Positions 1 to 7,477 of a stretch of DNA of 38,874 nt are shown one piece after another. The first letter of the stretch is position 1; each line of letters starts with the position of its first letter. Below the pieces are notes generated by a model that had not been told where the DNA came from, ran no database searches, and saw only the letters and a list, made by a program, of their open reading frames with translations. Location of the stretch: IMG/VR virus record IMGVR_UViG_3300017963_000147; one strand, 5' to 3'. A program made the translations under genes and the position numbers. This DNA is from a virus.

Positions 1-119
1 ACTGCAAAGAATTACGGTAAACACTGCAAAGAATTACGTAAAGTGTTTTTAAGTACTTTAGGTAAAGTGTTTATTCTATGCTACGTTTACCAAACTGCAA
101 AGAATTACGTAAAGTGTTT
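1..119 (+). repeat. Iteron cluster: ACTGCAAAGAATTACG x3 (1-16, 23-38, 94-109) and GTAAAGTGTTT x3
   Basis: Copies 2 and 3 are identical over 26 nt (23-48 and 94-119). GTAAAGTGTTT also occurs at 62-72. The cluster lies in non-coding DNA upstream of the RBS-supported start at 156. Confidence 0.85.
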
Positions 120-123
120 GGTG
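1..123. repeat. Terminal direct repeat, identical to 38752-38874 (circular-closure overlap or true DTR)
   Basis: Base-by-base comparison of the first and last 123 nt shows identity. The sequence diverges immediately outside both copies. Confidence 0.9.
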
Positions 124-155
124 GAGTTTCTTGGGGCTACCAACAAGGAGTTAAT

Positions 156-392
156 ATGGAAAAAGAAAAGTTTATAAAAGGATTGAAAGATTTTAAAGAT
201 GCAGTTGGGCGTGAGTTTTTAGACAATTGTCTACATGGACTCCCTATTGAGCCAAAACATATAAAGAGAATGTCAGAAATTGAAAACTATAGGCCTTTTA
301 TTGATTCCGTGATCAAGCGCCTAGAAAATGATGAAGAGTTAACAGAAAAAGATAAAAAACGCCTAGATGAAATGTATGTAACGCGAATTTAA
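156..392 (+). CDS. Hypothetical small acidic protein (78 aa)
   Basis: The ATG at 156 is preceded by AAGGAG (145-150). The longer track ORF from 78 would read through the iterons, so it is unlikely to be the real start. Confidence 0.6.
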   Translation: MEKEKFIKGLKDFKDAVGREFLDNCLHGLPIEPKHIKRMSEIENYRPFIDSVIKRLENDEELTEKDKKRLDEMYVTRI

Positions 393-454
393 AAGAGTGG
401 TATGGTATATTGGGGTTTAGATGCCCTGAGGAAGATAGCAGCGCTTAAGGCATT
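393..454. repeat. 62-bp perfect direct repeat, copy A (partner 38615-38676)
   Basis: AAGAGTGGTATGGTATATTGGGGTTTAGATGCCCTGAGGAAGATAGCAGCGCTTAAGGCATT is present at both sites. Copy A is a non-coding relic of the nuclease gene 3' end, and in the same frame it reads SGMVYWGLDALRKIAALKAL followed by a stop. Confidence 0.9.
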
Positions 455-533
455 GTAGAGAGAGTTGTCTTTAAGGCTTTATCTGTTCTACACTGTTTCC
501 GATGGGTTTAATTATAATTCAAAGGATAGTAGT

Positions 534-2615
534 ATGGCGTTGTTTCCGCAGATCGGCCCCGCTTATTACGATGAGAAGCATCGTGGTATATTGGAGCGTA
601 TGGAAAGCTTTTATAGCGAAGCAATTTCAATTAATCAGAGTTTCTGGGCTGAGGCCGATACTGACACGAGGTTCGAAGCGGGCGATCAAACCGTTTGGAA
701 TGATATATATGGTAATGTGCCTATAAATCGTCGACGACAATTCAATTTTAATCGCATACGGCGCGCAAAGAACATGATAAGTGGGCATCAACGCAGAAAT
801 AGAAAGTCGACCACTGTTGTTCCTGTAGAAAATGGCGATGAGGTTACGGCCGACCAGTTTACCAAGATCATGATGTGGCTTAATCAACAGGAAGGTGTTT
901 TAGAAACCATATCTGATGCCTTTGACGGTGCATTAGTTACTGGAATGAACCTTCTGCATGTTTGGGTAGATTATCGCTCAGATCCTGTTTCAGGGAACAT
1001 AAAAGTAGACAATTGCAGCTACAATAGTTTTTTAATTGATCCATTCTTTAGAAAACATGACTTGTCAGATTGCAAAGGCCTTTGGAAGCGCTCATTTTTA
1101 ACTAAATCTGAATGCATATCTCTTTTGCCAGACTATAAAGACGAAATAATAGGGCTTCAAGGCAATGATACACGTGATAATAAGTTCCAGTTTATGCCAG
1201 AGAATTATAATTACGGTCCTAAAAATTTATTAACATATGATGAGTTTTATTATCGCGATTATCGCACTCAAAAAATGCTTATTGACTCGCAAACTGGCGA
1301 GACGATGGAATGGAAAAGCGAGGATCAAGATGCATTAAAAGAGTTTATGCGCATGTATCCTCAAGTAACAATAGCAGATCAAGAAATTCCTACGGTTCGT
1401 GTTGCGATCGTGGTACAAGGAAGGGTGATTTATGATGGGCCAAATCCGATCGGGATCGATAGCTATCCTTTTGTCCCTGTGCTTGCATATTATACTCCTG
1501 AGTTACCTTACTTCCCTTGGCGTGTTCAGGGCGTTGTTAGGGGCCTTAGAGATGCCCAGTACTTATACAACCGTCGTAAGGTTGTTGAGCTCGATATTTT
1601 AGAGAGCCAAATAAACTCTGGGTGGAAGTACAAAGAAAATGCATTAGTTAACCCGGAAGATGTCTTTCTTTCTGGCCAAGGTAAGGGCTTAGCGCTTAAA
1701 GAAGAAGCGTTAATGACAGATGTAGAGAAAATTCCTCCGGCAGGTTTAGATCCTTCTATGATGCAGCTTTCGGAATCCCTAGGACGAGAAATAATGGAGA
1801 TATCTGGGGTTAATGAAGAACTATTAGGCAGCGCAGTGGATGATAAAGCCGGCGTACTGGCTATGCTTCGTCAAGGTGCCGGATTAACTACTTTGCAGAA
1901 TCTTTTTGACCGTTTAGATTATTCGCAAAAGCTGCTAGGCAAGATAATATTAGATATTGTACAAACTAATTTCACTCCTGGTAAGGTTCAGCGAATAATC
2001 GAAGAAGAGCCTTCCCCGCAATTTTATAACAAGGCTTTTGGCACATATGATGCTGCTATAGAAGATGGGCTAAATACTACCACACAGCGACAGATGCAGT
2101 TTGCGCAGCTTATGCAGATGAAAGAATTAGGTATTGAGATACCAGATAAGGTTATTTTTGAAGCTTCTACTGTACAGAATAAGAAAGAGTTGCTCCAAGC
2201 GGTTGAAGAAGCGGCGCAGCAGAAAGCTCAGATGGAACAACAGCAAGTGGAAACTCAGATACGCCTACAAGAAGCGCAAATTAAACTTGCTGAAGCAAGG
2301 GCAATTGCAGATAAAGGCTTAGGCCTAGAGCGCGCTAGCCGTGTTGAAGAGAATGAAGCGTTTGCTACTGAACGATACGCTGAAGCTGAAAAAGATAGAG
2401 CCTTGGCAGATCTAAATATTGCAAAAGCGATGAAGGAGCTTGAAGATGTCGATTTGTCACAGCTAGAGAAGCTTATTCAGCTCTCCCGAGTAGTTTCAGC
2501 TGAAAATATTGTAGATGAAAAGAGACAAAGTGCAGCAAAAAAAGGTACAATGGTTGAAGCCGCCCGAGTTGCAAAAGGGGCTGTTGCCGGTGAGCCGATG
2601 AAAAACAACATTTAA
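534..2615 (+). CDS. Portal protein (about 693 aa from ATG 534; track ORF opens at TTG 465)
   Basis: It is the largest head-module protein and lies upstream of the scaffold and capsid genes. The C-terminus is long and Q/E/A-rich with coiled-coil character, like barrel-bearing podovirus portals. AAGGA lies upstream of ATG 534. Confidence 0.7.
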   Translation: MALFPQIGPAYYDEKHRGILERMESFYSEAISINQSFWAEADTDTRFEAGDQTVWNDIYGNVPINRRRQFNFNRIRRAKNMISGHQRRNRKSTTVVPVENGDEVTADQFTKIMMWLNQQEGVLETISDAFDGALVTGMNLLHVWVDYRSDPVSGNIKVDNCSYNSFLIDPFFRKHDLSDCKGLWKRSFLTKSECISLLPDYKDEIIGLQGNDTRDNKFQFMPENYNYGPKNLLTYDEFYYRDYRTQKMLIDSQTGETMEWKSEDQDALKEFMRMYPQVTIADQEIPTVRVAIVVQGRVIYDGPNPIGIDSYPFVPVLAYYTPELPYFPWRVQGVVRGLRDAQYLYNRRKVVELDILESQINSGWKYKENALVNPEDVFLSGQGKGLALKEEALMTDVEKIPPAGLDPSMMQLSESLGREIMEISGVNEELLGSAVDDKAGVLAMLRQGAGLTTLQNLFDRLDYSQKLLGKIILDIVQTNFTPGKVQRIIEEEPSPQFYNKAFGTYDAAIEDGLNTTTQRQMQFAQLMQMKELGIEIPDKVIFEASTVQNKKELLQAVEEAAQQKAQMEQQQVETQIRLQEAQIKLAEARAIADKGLGLERASRVEENEAFATERYAEAEKDRALADLNIAKAMKELEDVDLSQLEKLIQLSRVVSAENIVDEKRQSAAKKGTMVEAARVAKGAVAGEPMKNNI

Positions 2616-2630
2616 TATGAAAGGATTTTT

Positions 2631-2924
2631 ATGAAAACATTAAAGATTGCAATTGCAGCGCTATTAATAGCTTCTAGTTTCAGTATAAGGCCTCAAAATG
2701 AAATAAAGAGAGGTAGAGTAAGTACTTGTTACCATAAAGTTGTAAATAAATGTTCGAATCATAAAGGTAAAGTTGGCTTAGCGGTAGGTGCCATTGGTAC
2801 GACTGTAGTGACGCGTATTTTTAGAACTGAAATTGATAGCTATGTTAAGCCATTTTTTAAAAGCGTATGGAAGAAGACTACAAACTTTTTCAGACGTATA
2901 TTTAATAGAGAAGAGAAGGCTTAA
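2631..2924 (+). CDS. Small secreted or membrane protein (97 aa)
   Basis: N-terminal signal-like segment MKTLKIAIAALLIASSF, with a second hydrophobic stretch GLAVGAIGTTVV. Confidence 0.55.
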   Translation: MKTLKIAIAALLIASSFSIRPQNEIKRGRVSTCYHKVVNKCSNHKGKVGLAVGAIGTTVVTRIFRTEIDSYVKPFFKSVWKKTTNFFRRIFNREEKA

Positions 2925-2938
2925 CCGGGAATGTATAT

Positions 2939-3109
2939 ATGTTGAATTCAATGAATGACTGGCGAACTGCAGAGGCTATAGAAAAGATTGCTAAAAATAT
3001 GCTAACAGAAGAGCAAGTAAGAGAGCGGCAAGAAGAGAATAAGCTGTTAGCGGCCGAAAGATTAGCGGAATATTCATGCAAGAAAAAAAGTAAGGCCTCT
3101 TTTGGTTAG
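2939..3109 (+). CDS. Possible small protein (56 aa, below track cutoff)
   Basis: Hand translation gives MLNSMNDWRTAEAIEKIAKNMLTEEQVRERQEENKLLAAERLAEYSCKKKSKASFG. It fills an otherwise empty gap, but the RBS is weak. Confidence 0.3.
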   Translation: MLNSMNDWRTAEAIEKIAKNMLTEEQVRERQEENKLLAAERLAEYSCKKKSKASFG

Positions 3110-3159
3110 AGGTTAGTAACCTTATCGGCTTATAAGCCGGTGGTTTCCAAGGAGATAGT

Positions 3160-3414
3160 ATGGCAAAGAAATATTATGACAATGCAATGTATGCGGGCAT
3201 GGATGCACGTAGAGCAATGGAAAGACAGGATGCAGGAATGCTTCCGTCAAAGCGTGGTATTGCAATGATGCCTCAGGGTGTTGTTATAAGAGAATATCCA
3301 AAACAAATGTATACAGCTCCTGAAAATCTAAACGACACAATGCGTGGTATAGATGCTCAGGTTAGAGACGACATGAAAGAAAAGAAGCGTAAATCATATC
3401 CTGAAAAGTATTAG
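3160..3414 (+). CDS. Hypothetical protein (84 aa)
   Basis: A strong RBS, AAGGAGATAG, precedes the ATG. No motif recognised. Confidence 0.6.
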   Translation: MAKKYYDNAMYAGMDARRAMERQDAGMLPSKRGIAMMPQGVVIREYPKQMYTAPENLNDTMRGIDAQVRDDMKEKKRKSYPEKY

Positions 3415-3422
3415 GAAAGCTT

Positions 3423-3572
3423 ATGCCTATAATGCCTAGGGTCAAAGGAAAAGCCAAAACAATAGCATACAAGATACTTGGCACTCCTCCGAATATGCGG
3501 AAAACAAAAGCAGTACGGAATGGTAAGTTGAAGAAACGGCTTCAGTTTGAAGAAACTAGGCTAGTACGGTAA
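3423..3572 (+). CDS. Possible very basic small protein (49 aa, below track cutoff)
   Basis: Hand translation gives MPIMPRVKGKAKTIAYKILGTPPNMRKTKAVRNGKLKKRLQFEETRLVR. AGGAAA lies 5 nt upstream of the ATG, and a terminator follows. Confidence 0.4.
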   Translation: MPIMPRVKGKAKTIAYKILGTPPNMRKTKAVRNGKLKKRLQFEETRLVR

Positions 3573-3589
3573 AAGTGCTTCATTAGGTC

Positions 3590-3630
3590 GGGATCATAGT
3601 TTTTAAACAGTTCTATGGTCCCACCTTTTT
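3590..3630 (+). terminator. Rho-independent terminator
   Basis: A 10-bp stem, GGGATCATAG / CTATGGTCCC with one G.U pair, is followed by ACCTTTTT. Confidence 0.6.
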
Positions 3631-3698
3631 ATCCGTAATGGAAAAATGATTAGGAGAGATTATGGCAAAAAAAAGAAAAAAAAGAAAAAAATAGTCTA

Positions 3699-3775
3699 GG
3701 CCCTGTCGTCTAGTTGGTTAGGACGTTGCCCTTTCACGGCAAAAACAGTAGGTTCAAATCCTCTCAGGGTCGCCA
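3699..3775 (+). tRNA. tRNA-Glu (anticodon UUC at 3733-3735), CCA encoded
   Basis: Hand-folded cloverleaf. Acceptor stem GGCCCTG / CAGGGTC, D arm with TAGTTGGTTAG, anticodon stem TTGCC / GGCAA with loop CTTTCAC, and T loop GGTTCAAATCC. It closely resembles bacterial tRNA-Glu. Confidence 0.85.
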
Positions 3776-3789
3776 CAAAGGAAAAAATG

Positions 3790-4254
3790 TTATAGTCTCC
3801 ATAAAGCGCATAATGCTATAGCTATAGCGTCTGTTATATCATCTCTTTTAGGCTTCTTTATCTTAAAAAATCTCAAAATCATATTAGATACTTGCTCTTT
3901 CGAAGCTTTTCCGTAACCAGTTACGGCTTGTTTTACTACCGATGGCGCATACTCAGATAATTTAAGCTTATTTTGATAGGCTATGAGATATAAGATACCC
4001 CTCACATAGCCCAATTTAAGAAATGTACTAGCGTTTTTATATAGAAATGGAGTTTCTAGAGCCAGATGTGTGACTTGATGTCTTTTCACTTTTTCAGAGA
4101 TTAACCCATACAAATCACCGATTTTATTAATAAGTCCCCCCGATTTATGTACATCAAAGCACCCGGCATCGATAAGACATGTCTTTTGATTAGCTTTTTT
4201 TAGGACTGCGTATCCTGCATACCGAGTGCCTGGATCTATTCCAAGTATAATCAC
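3790..4254 (-). CDS. ruvC: RuvC-type crossover junction endodeoxyribonuclease
   Basis: The N-terminus is MIILGIDPGTRYAGYAV. The acidic motifs LALETPF and DDITDAIAIA are typical of bacterial RuvC. GTG start with AAAGGAGAAA RBS. Confidence 0.8.
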   Translation of the reverse strand: MIILGIDPGTRYAGYAVLKKANQKTCLIDAGCFDVHKSGGLINKIGDLYGLISEKVKRHQVTHLALETPFLYKNASTFLKLGYVRGILYLIAYQNKLKLSEYAPSVVKQAVTGYGKASKEQVSNMILRFFKIKKPKRDDITDAIAIALCALWRL

Positions 4255-4303
4255 ATTTCTCCTTTAAAGGGGGTGGCTAGCAGGGGAGCTACTAGCCACG
4301 GGA

Positions 4304-4588
4304 CTATCTTGCACCAGCCAAAACTATGCCGATGATTGACGCTATAACTGTAACAAATATTTTAGATATATCTAAGCATTTTGTCATTTGACGGTCGCGC
4401 TCTAAACTACGCTCCATGCTTATACTCCGCGCTCTTCTGGCATCCATAGCTTCGTGCGCCCTAGGTTCTCTCGTTTCTATTACTGTGTTTTTATGCACTT
4501 TTCTTTTTGTAAGCAGTTTTTTCATTGGTGTTGTTGATGCAGGTACTCCCACGCAAAAGATTATGAGTAAAAAGACTTTGTATTTCAT
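4304..4588 (-). CDS. Small membrane protein (94 aa)
   Basis: N-terminal signal or TM segment (MKYKVFLLIIFCVGV) and C-terminal TM segment (IFVTVIASIIGIVLAG). Same strand as ruvC. Confidence 0.55.
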   Translation of the reverse strand: MKYKVFLLIIFCVGVPASTTPMKKLLTKRKVHKNTVIETREPRAHEAMDARRARSISMERSLERDRQMTKCLDISKIFVTVIASIIGIVLAGAR

Positions 4589-4682
4589 AGAACCTCCTTC
4601 ATTTAAACGATAAACATTCTTTGTGTTTACTCAGATGTTTATTCATTAGTAATATAGCATAAAATAACGATAGAGGAGAAGC

Positions 4683-5180
4683 ATGAGTAATAAAGAAGTG
4701 ACTACGGGTAAGCTTATTCACGATCATTTAGTTAAAAATTGGGATCGATCAGACGGATCAACAATCAGAGATCAGATCGCTGAAAGATCAAAAAGCTATC
4801 GCGATGAACTAATAAAATGCGTAGAAAACAATAAAGATAAAGTTGACGACGATCTTTGGATTGATGTTCAAAAAAAAGAAGAACGCTTGTTTAAAGGCAA
4901 AACGCATCGGCTTTATTTTATAGCAAAACGCGCATGCCCGTCCCCGACAAACGATCAAGATGTATTTAAATATAATAAAAAAGACGACAAAATCGAGTAT
5001 ATATGGTCCGTACCAGATGTTAATACCTGTCGACAAATGATGGCTGATCCGCTGGGGGTACCTGCAGATCAGAAATGCTTACTTAATTTTGTTATCGATT
5101 TTAAAGAAGGAAAGCTTTTAGAAAGAGCTAAAAAATTAAACGGCGAAACGAAGCCATCGCCAGTAATAATGAAAGGATAG
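4683..5180 (+). CDS. Hypothetical protein (165 aa)
   Basis: GAGGAG RBS. No recognisable motif. The stop abuts the start of the scaffold gene. Confidence 0.6.
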   Translation: MSNKEVTTGKLIHDHLVKNWDRSDGSTIRDQIAERSKSYRDELIKCVENNKDKVDDDLWIDVQKKEERLFKGKTHRLYFIAKRACPSPTNDQDVFKYNKKDDKIEYIWSVPDVNTCRQMMADPLGVPADQKCLLNFVIDFKEGKLLERAKKLNGETKPSPVIMKG

Positions 5181-5181
5181 T

Positions 5182-5931
5182 ATGGAGCAAAATTTAGAAA
5201 ACAGTTTGGAATCAGTACAAGAAGCACCTGCAGCACAAGAACCAGCCGTCGATAATACAGAGGCAACTGCCGACAACCAGTCGACAGTCGAACAAGCACC
5301 CATTGAAGATCCACAAGCAAAAAACATCAGAGAAATGCGCTTAATTAAAGAAAGAGCTGAAAGAGAACGCGATGAAGCTTATGCTATGCTTCAGAAAATG
5401 AAAGAGCAATCTGTCAAAAAATCTGAGTCTTCCGATGAAGATTTAAACATTGGTATTGGCGAAGAGGACCTCGTAGAGGGTAAACATCTAGGTAAAGTAG
5501 CCAAAGAAATAAGAGAGCTAAAAAAAGAACTCAATCAGTATAAGCAAACATCTACTGCAGCTACCACGGAAGCCAGATTAAAAACTAAGTACAATGATTT
5601 TGATAAAGTTGTAAGCAAAGAAAATGTTGAATCTTTAGTGCGTCTTCATCCTGAACTTGGTGATACCTTAAGAGCGAATACTGATTTATACAGTCAAGCT
5701 GTTTCTGCATACACTATGATTAAGCAAATGGGCATATATAAGGAAGATAAGTATGCTAGAGAGAGACAAGTAGCAGAAAAAAATATTGCGAAACCTCGTC
5801 CATTATCGAGCGTTTCTCCACAACAAGGCGAAAGTCCACTTTCTCATGCAAATGCATTTGCAAACGGGTTAACAGAAGAGCTAAAAAGCCAGCTACTTAA
5901 GGAAATGATGGAAGCGCGATCTAGAAGATAG
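5182..5931 (+). CDS. Putative scaffolding protein
   Basis: It lies between the portal and the major capsid gene. The N-terminus is acidic and low-complexity, and the core is K/E-rich helical. Call made from position and composition only. Confidence 0.5.
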   Translation: MEQNLENSLESVQEAPAAQEPAVDNTEATADNQSTVEQAPIEDPQAKNIREMRLIKERAERERDEAYAMLQKMKEQSVKKSESSDEDLNIGIGEEDLVEGKHLGKVAKEIRELKKELNQYKQTSTAATTEARLKTKYNDFDKVVSKENVESLVRLHPELGDTLRANTDLYSQAVSAYTMIKQMGIYKEDKYARERQVAEKNIAKPRPLSSVSPQQGESPLSHANAFANGLTEELKSQLLKEMMEARSRR

Positions 5932-5949
5932 GCTTTATTCATATTCATT

Positions 5950-5988
5950 CTTTCCTTTGCCCCCTAGTTTTTTTGTAATTTTTTCCTA
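5950..5988 (+). terminator. Rho-independent terminator
   Basis: Stem CCCCCTAG (5950-5957) / CTAGGGGG (5976-5983), followed by TTTT. Confidence 0.6.
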
Positions 5989-6031
5989 GGGGGTTTTGCA
6001 TCAGATATTTAATGCGATATAAAATCAAATT

Positions 6032-6107
6032 GGCAGTACGGGAATTCGCCAACCCACGAGCAGTATGGGCATCGCTCACCCAATAGGCTGTAGGGAATCG
6101 CCTCCCC
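6032..6107 (+). repeat. Three tandem imperfect ~25-nt repeats in the capsid-gene leader
   Basis: GGCAGTACGGGAATTCGCCAACCCA / GAGCAGTATGGGCATCGCTCACCCA / AGGCTGTAGGGAATCGCCTCCCC. Confidence 0.7.
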
Positions 6108-6221
6108 GTCGAACATTCGTTCGGTTGATAGTTACCTTATAACAAACCCCTAGCAGGAAAACAATGTAAATTGATATACATAAATAACATGCTAGCGAAA
6201 GGTTAATTTTAGGAGATAGTA

Positions 6222-6485
6222 ATGGCAATAACCACTACAACGATACTTCCGCCCCCAGTCCAGCAAAGCTTTAGCTATAAATTATTGTCGGTACCCGTTC
6301 CCTCAATGATTCACAAGGTACCCGCGATGAAGAAAAGGATGCCGGCAAAAGGCGGTAATACTCTTCGTATGAGAAGATATAATGCACTTGATACTGCAAT
6401 GGTACCACTCGGCAACACCGGAATAACCCCTCCAGCTCAGACACTCACTGCGGTAGACATAGATGCTAAAGTAGATTTCTACGGT
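6222..6485 (+). CDS. Major capsid protein, exon 1 (88 codons)
   Basis: Strong RBS AGGAGATAG. The sequence (GGNTLRMRRYNALDTAMVPLGNTGITPP...VDFYG) resembles the N-terminal region of HK97-fold capsid proteins. The predicted 5' splice site is after U6485. Confidence 0.75.
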
Positions 6486-7191
6486 TTCGCATAGGTGCCG
6501 TAGTAAAACCCGTTCTGATTGCGAGGAACCCTAAACATATGTTATACTTGAGTGGTACATATATAAAAAGACATAGAAAGGATTACATATGCAAGGCAAC
6601 TCGAGGGAAGATTTGATTTACTTCGCAGGTTTATTTGATGGTGAAGGTTCAATTATGATAGTGAGAAACGCTTCAGAGTCATTTATGAAAAACAGAAAGC
6701 ATCCCCATTACGGGCTAGTGTGTAGGATTGGAATGATAGATAAAGACTTAATATATCAATTCCATGCGGCTGTAGGATTAGGGTCTGTTTATGAAGAGAA
6801 ACCTTATCACCACAAGCGCGCTATAACGCGTTGGATGTGTAGAAGAGTTGACGAAGTACCTCTTTTTTTAGAAAAGATGATTCCATTTTTAAGGTCTAAG
6901 AAAAAAAATGCATTATTAGCGCAGGAATTTATAAAAGAGTGTGTTGATAATCGAAGAAGAAAAATCAGCGAAGAAGTGCACAAAAAACAGCATGATTTTT
7001 ATCTTAAGATGAGAATATTGAATGGAATAGTTGAATCGCCCGCAACGACTGAGCGAATGGGCAAGCGTGGTCGAGATAAAGGCATACGCTTGAAGCAACA
7101 GTCTGATCTCATATGAAAGTATGAGAGAGAAATCCGAAGAGGTTTCTCCGCCAAGTAGAGAATATTTGGTCAGAAAAGTAACAGATTATTG
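6486..7191 (+). mobile_element. Group I intron 1 (706 nt) carrying a homing endonuclease ORF
   Basis: P1: exon CUACGGU (6479-6485) pairs with intron GCCGUAG (6497-6503), with U.G at the splice site. The intron ends in G7191. P10: intron AUAGGU pairs with exon 2 start ACAUAU at 5 of 6 positions. The junction is in frame. Confidence 0.75.
6589..7116 (+). CDS. LAGLIDADG homing endonuclease (single-motif, 175 aa)
   Basis: The motif LIYFAGLFDGEGSIMI lies near the N-terminus. The size is typical of homodimeric I-CreI-like enzymes. The ORF is wholly inside the intron. Confidence 0.8.
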   Translation: MQGNSREDLIYFAGLFDGEGSIMIVRNASESFMKNRKHPHYGLVCRIGMIDKDLIYQFHAAVGLGSVYEEKPYHHKRAITRWMCRRVDEVPLFLEKMIPFLRSKKKNALLAQEFIKECVDNRRRKISEEVHKKQHDFYLKMRILNGIVESPATTERMGKRGRDKGIRLKQQSDLI

Positions 7192-7281
7192 ACATATGTT
7201 GAATTAAACGAACAAGTGACTCTGCAGAGCCAAGATCCAACATTAAATGAAGCAGCGGCGAGATTAGGAGTTTCACTCCGT
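7192..7281 (+). CDS. Major capsid protein, exon 2 (30-codon micro-exon, not in the ORF track)
   Basis: Hand translation gives TYVELNEQVTLQSQDPTLNEAAARLGVSLR, which bridges exon 1 (..DFYG) and exon 3 (QTEDQLTRD..) in frame. Confidence 0.7.
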
Positions 7282-7477
7282 TAATTTGGCGGAGTATAAA
7301 TTTCTGGTAATTGACTTGGAAGCCTAAGGCGATAGCTATGGCGACAAGGCGCAAGGGTAAAGCTAGCGTGAGAGACTAAACCCAGAAACCCGTAAGGGAT
7401 GTGATAGTCCGAACAGCACGACGAAAGGTGCTGAGATGCACAGAAATGATGTATCCCCCGTAAGGGAGTAACAAATG
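7282..7477 (+). ncRNA. Group I intron 2 (196 nt, no ORF)
   Basis: P1: exon ACUCCGU (7275-7281) pairs with intron GCGGAGU (7289-7295), with U.G at the splice site. The intron ends in G7477. P10: UUUG pairs with exon 3 CAAA. A GC-rich structured core is visible. Confidence 0.65.

Noticed and set aside
1-123. Interpreting the 123-nt end duplication as a genuine internal duplication of the genome
   Set aside because: It sits exactly at both window ends. From sequence alone it cannot be told apart from a circular-assembly overlap or a physical DTR, so it is reported as terminal redundancy only.
502-887. Short ORFs overlapping the portal gene 5' region (502-726 on the plus strand, 627-887 on the minus strand)
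   Set aside because: They are nested in the portal ORF in other frames, have no RBS, and give non-protein-like translations.
3662-3694. Mini-ORF MAKKRKKRKK with an AGGAG RBS in an A8-G-A8-G-A7 tract just upstream of the tRNA
   Set aside because: It is too short and low-complexity to call as a gene. It is more likely an A-tract (UP-like or bent DNA) in front of the tRNA. It is noted as a possible slippage-prone tract only.
6032-6107. Possibility that the three tandem repeats are a mini CRISPR array
   Set aside because: The repeats are contiguous with no spacers, they are imperfect, and there are only three copies. No cas genes are present.
6222-6494. Treating 6222-6494 and 7475-8071 as two independent small genes or a capsid pseudogene
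   Set aside because: P1 and P10 pairings, terminal G residues, in-frame junctions and the LAGLIDADG ORF all point to an intron-split but intact gene rather than decay.
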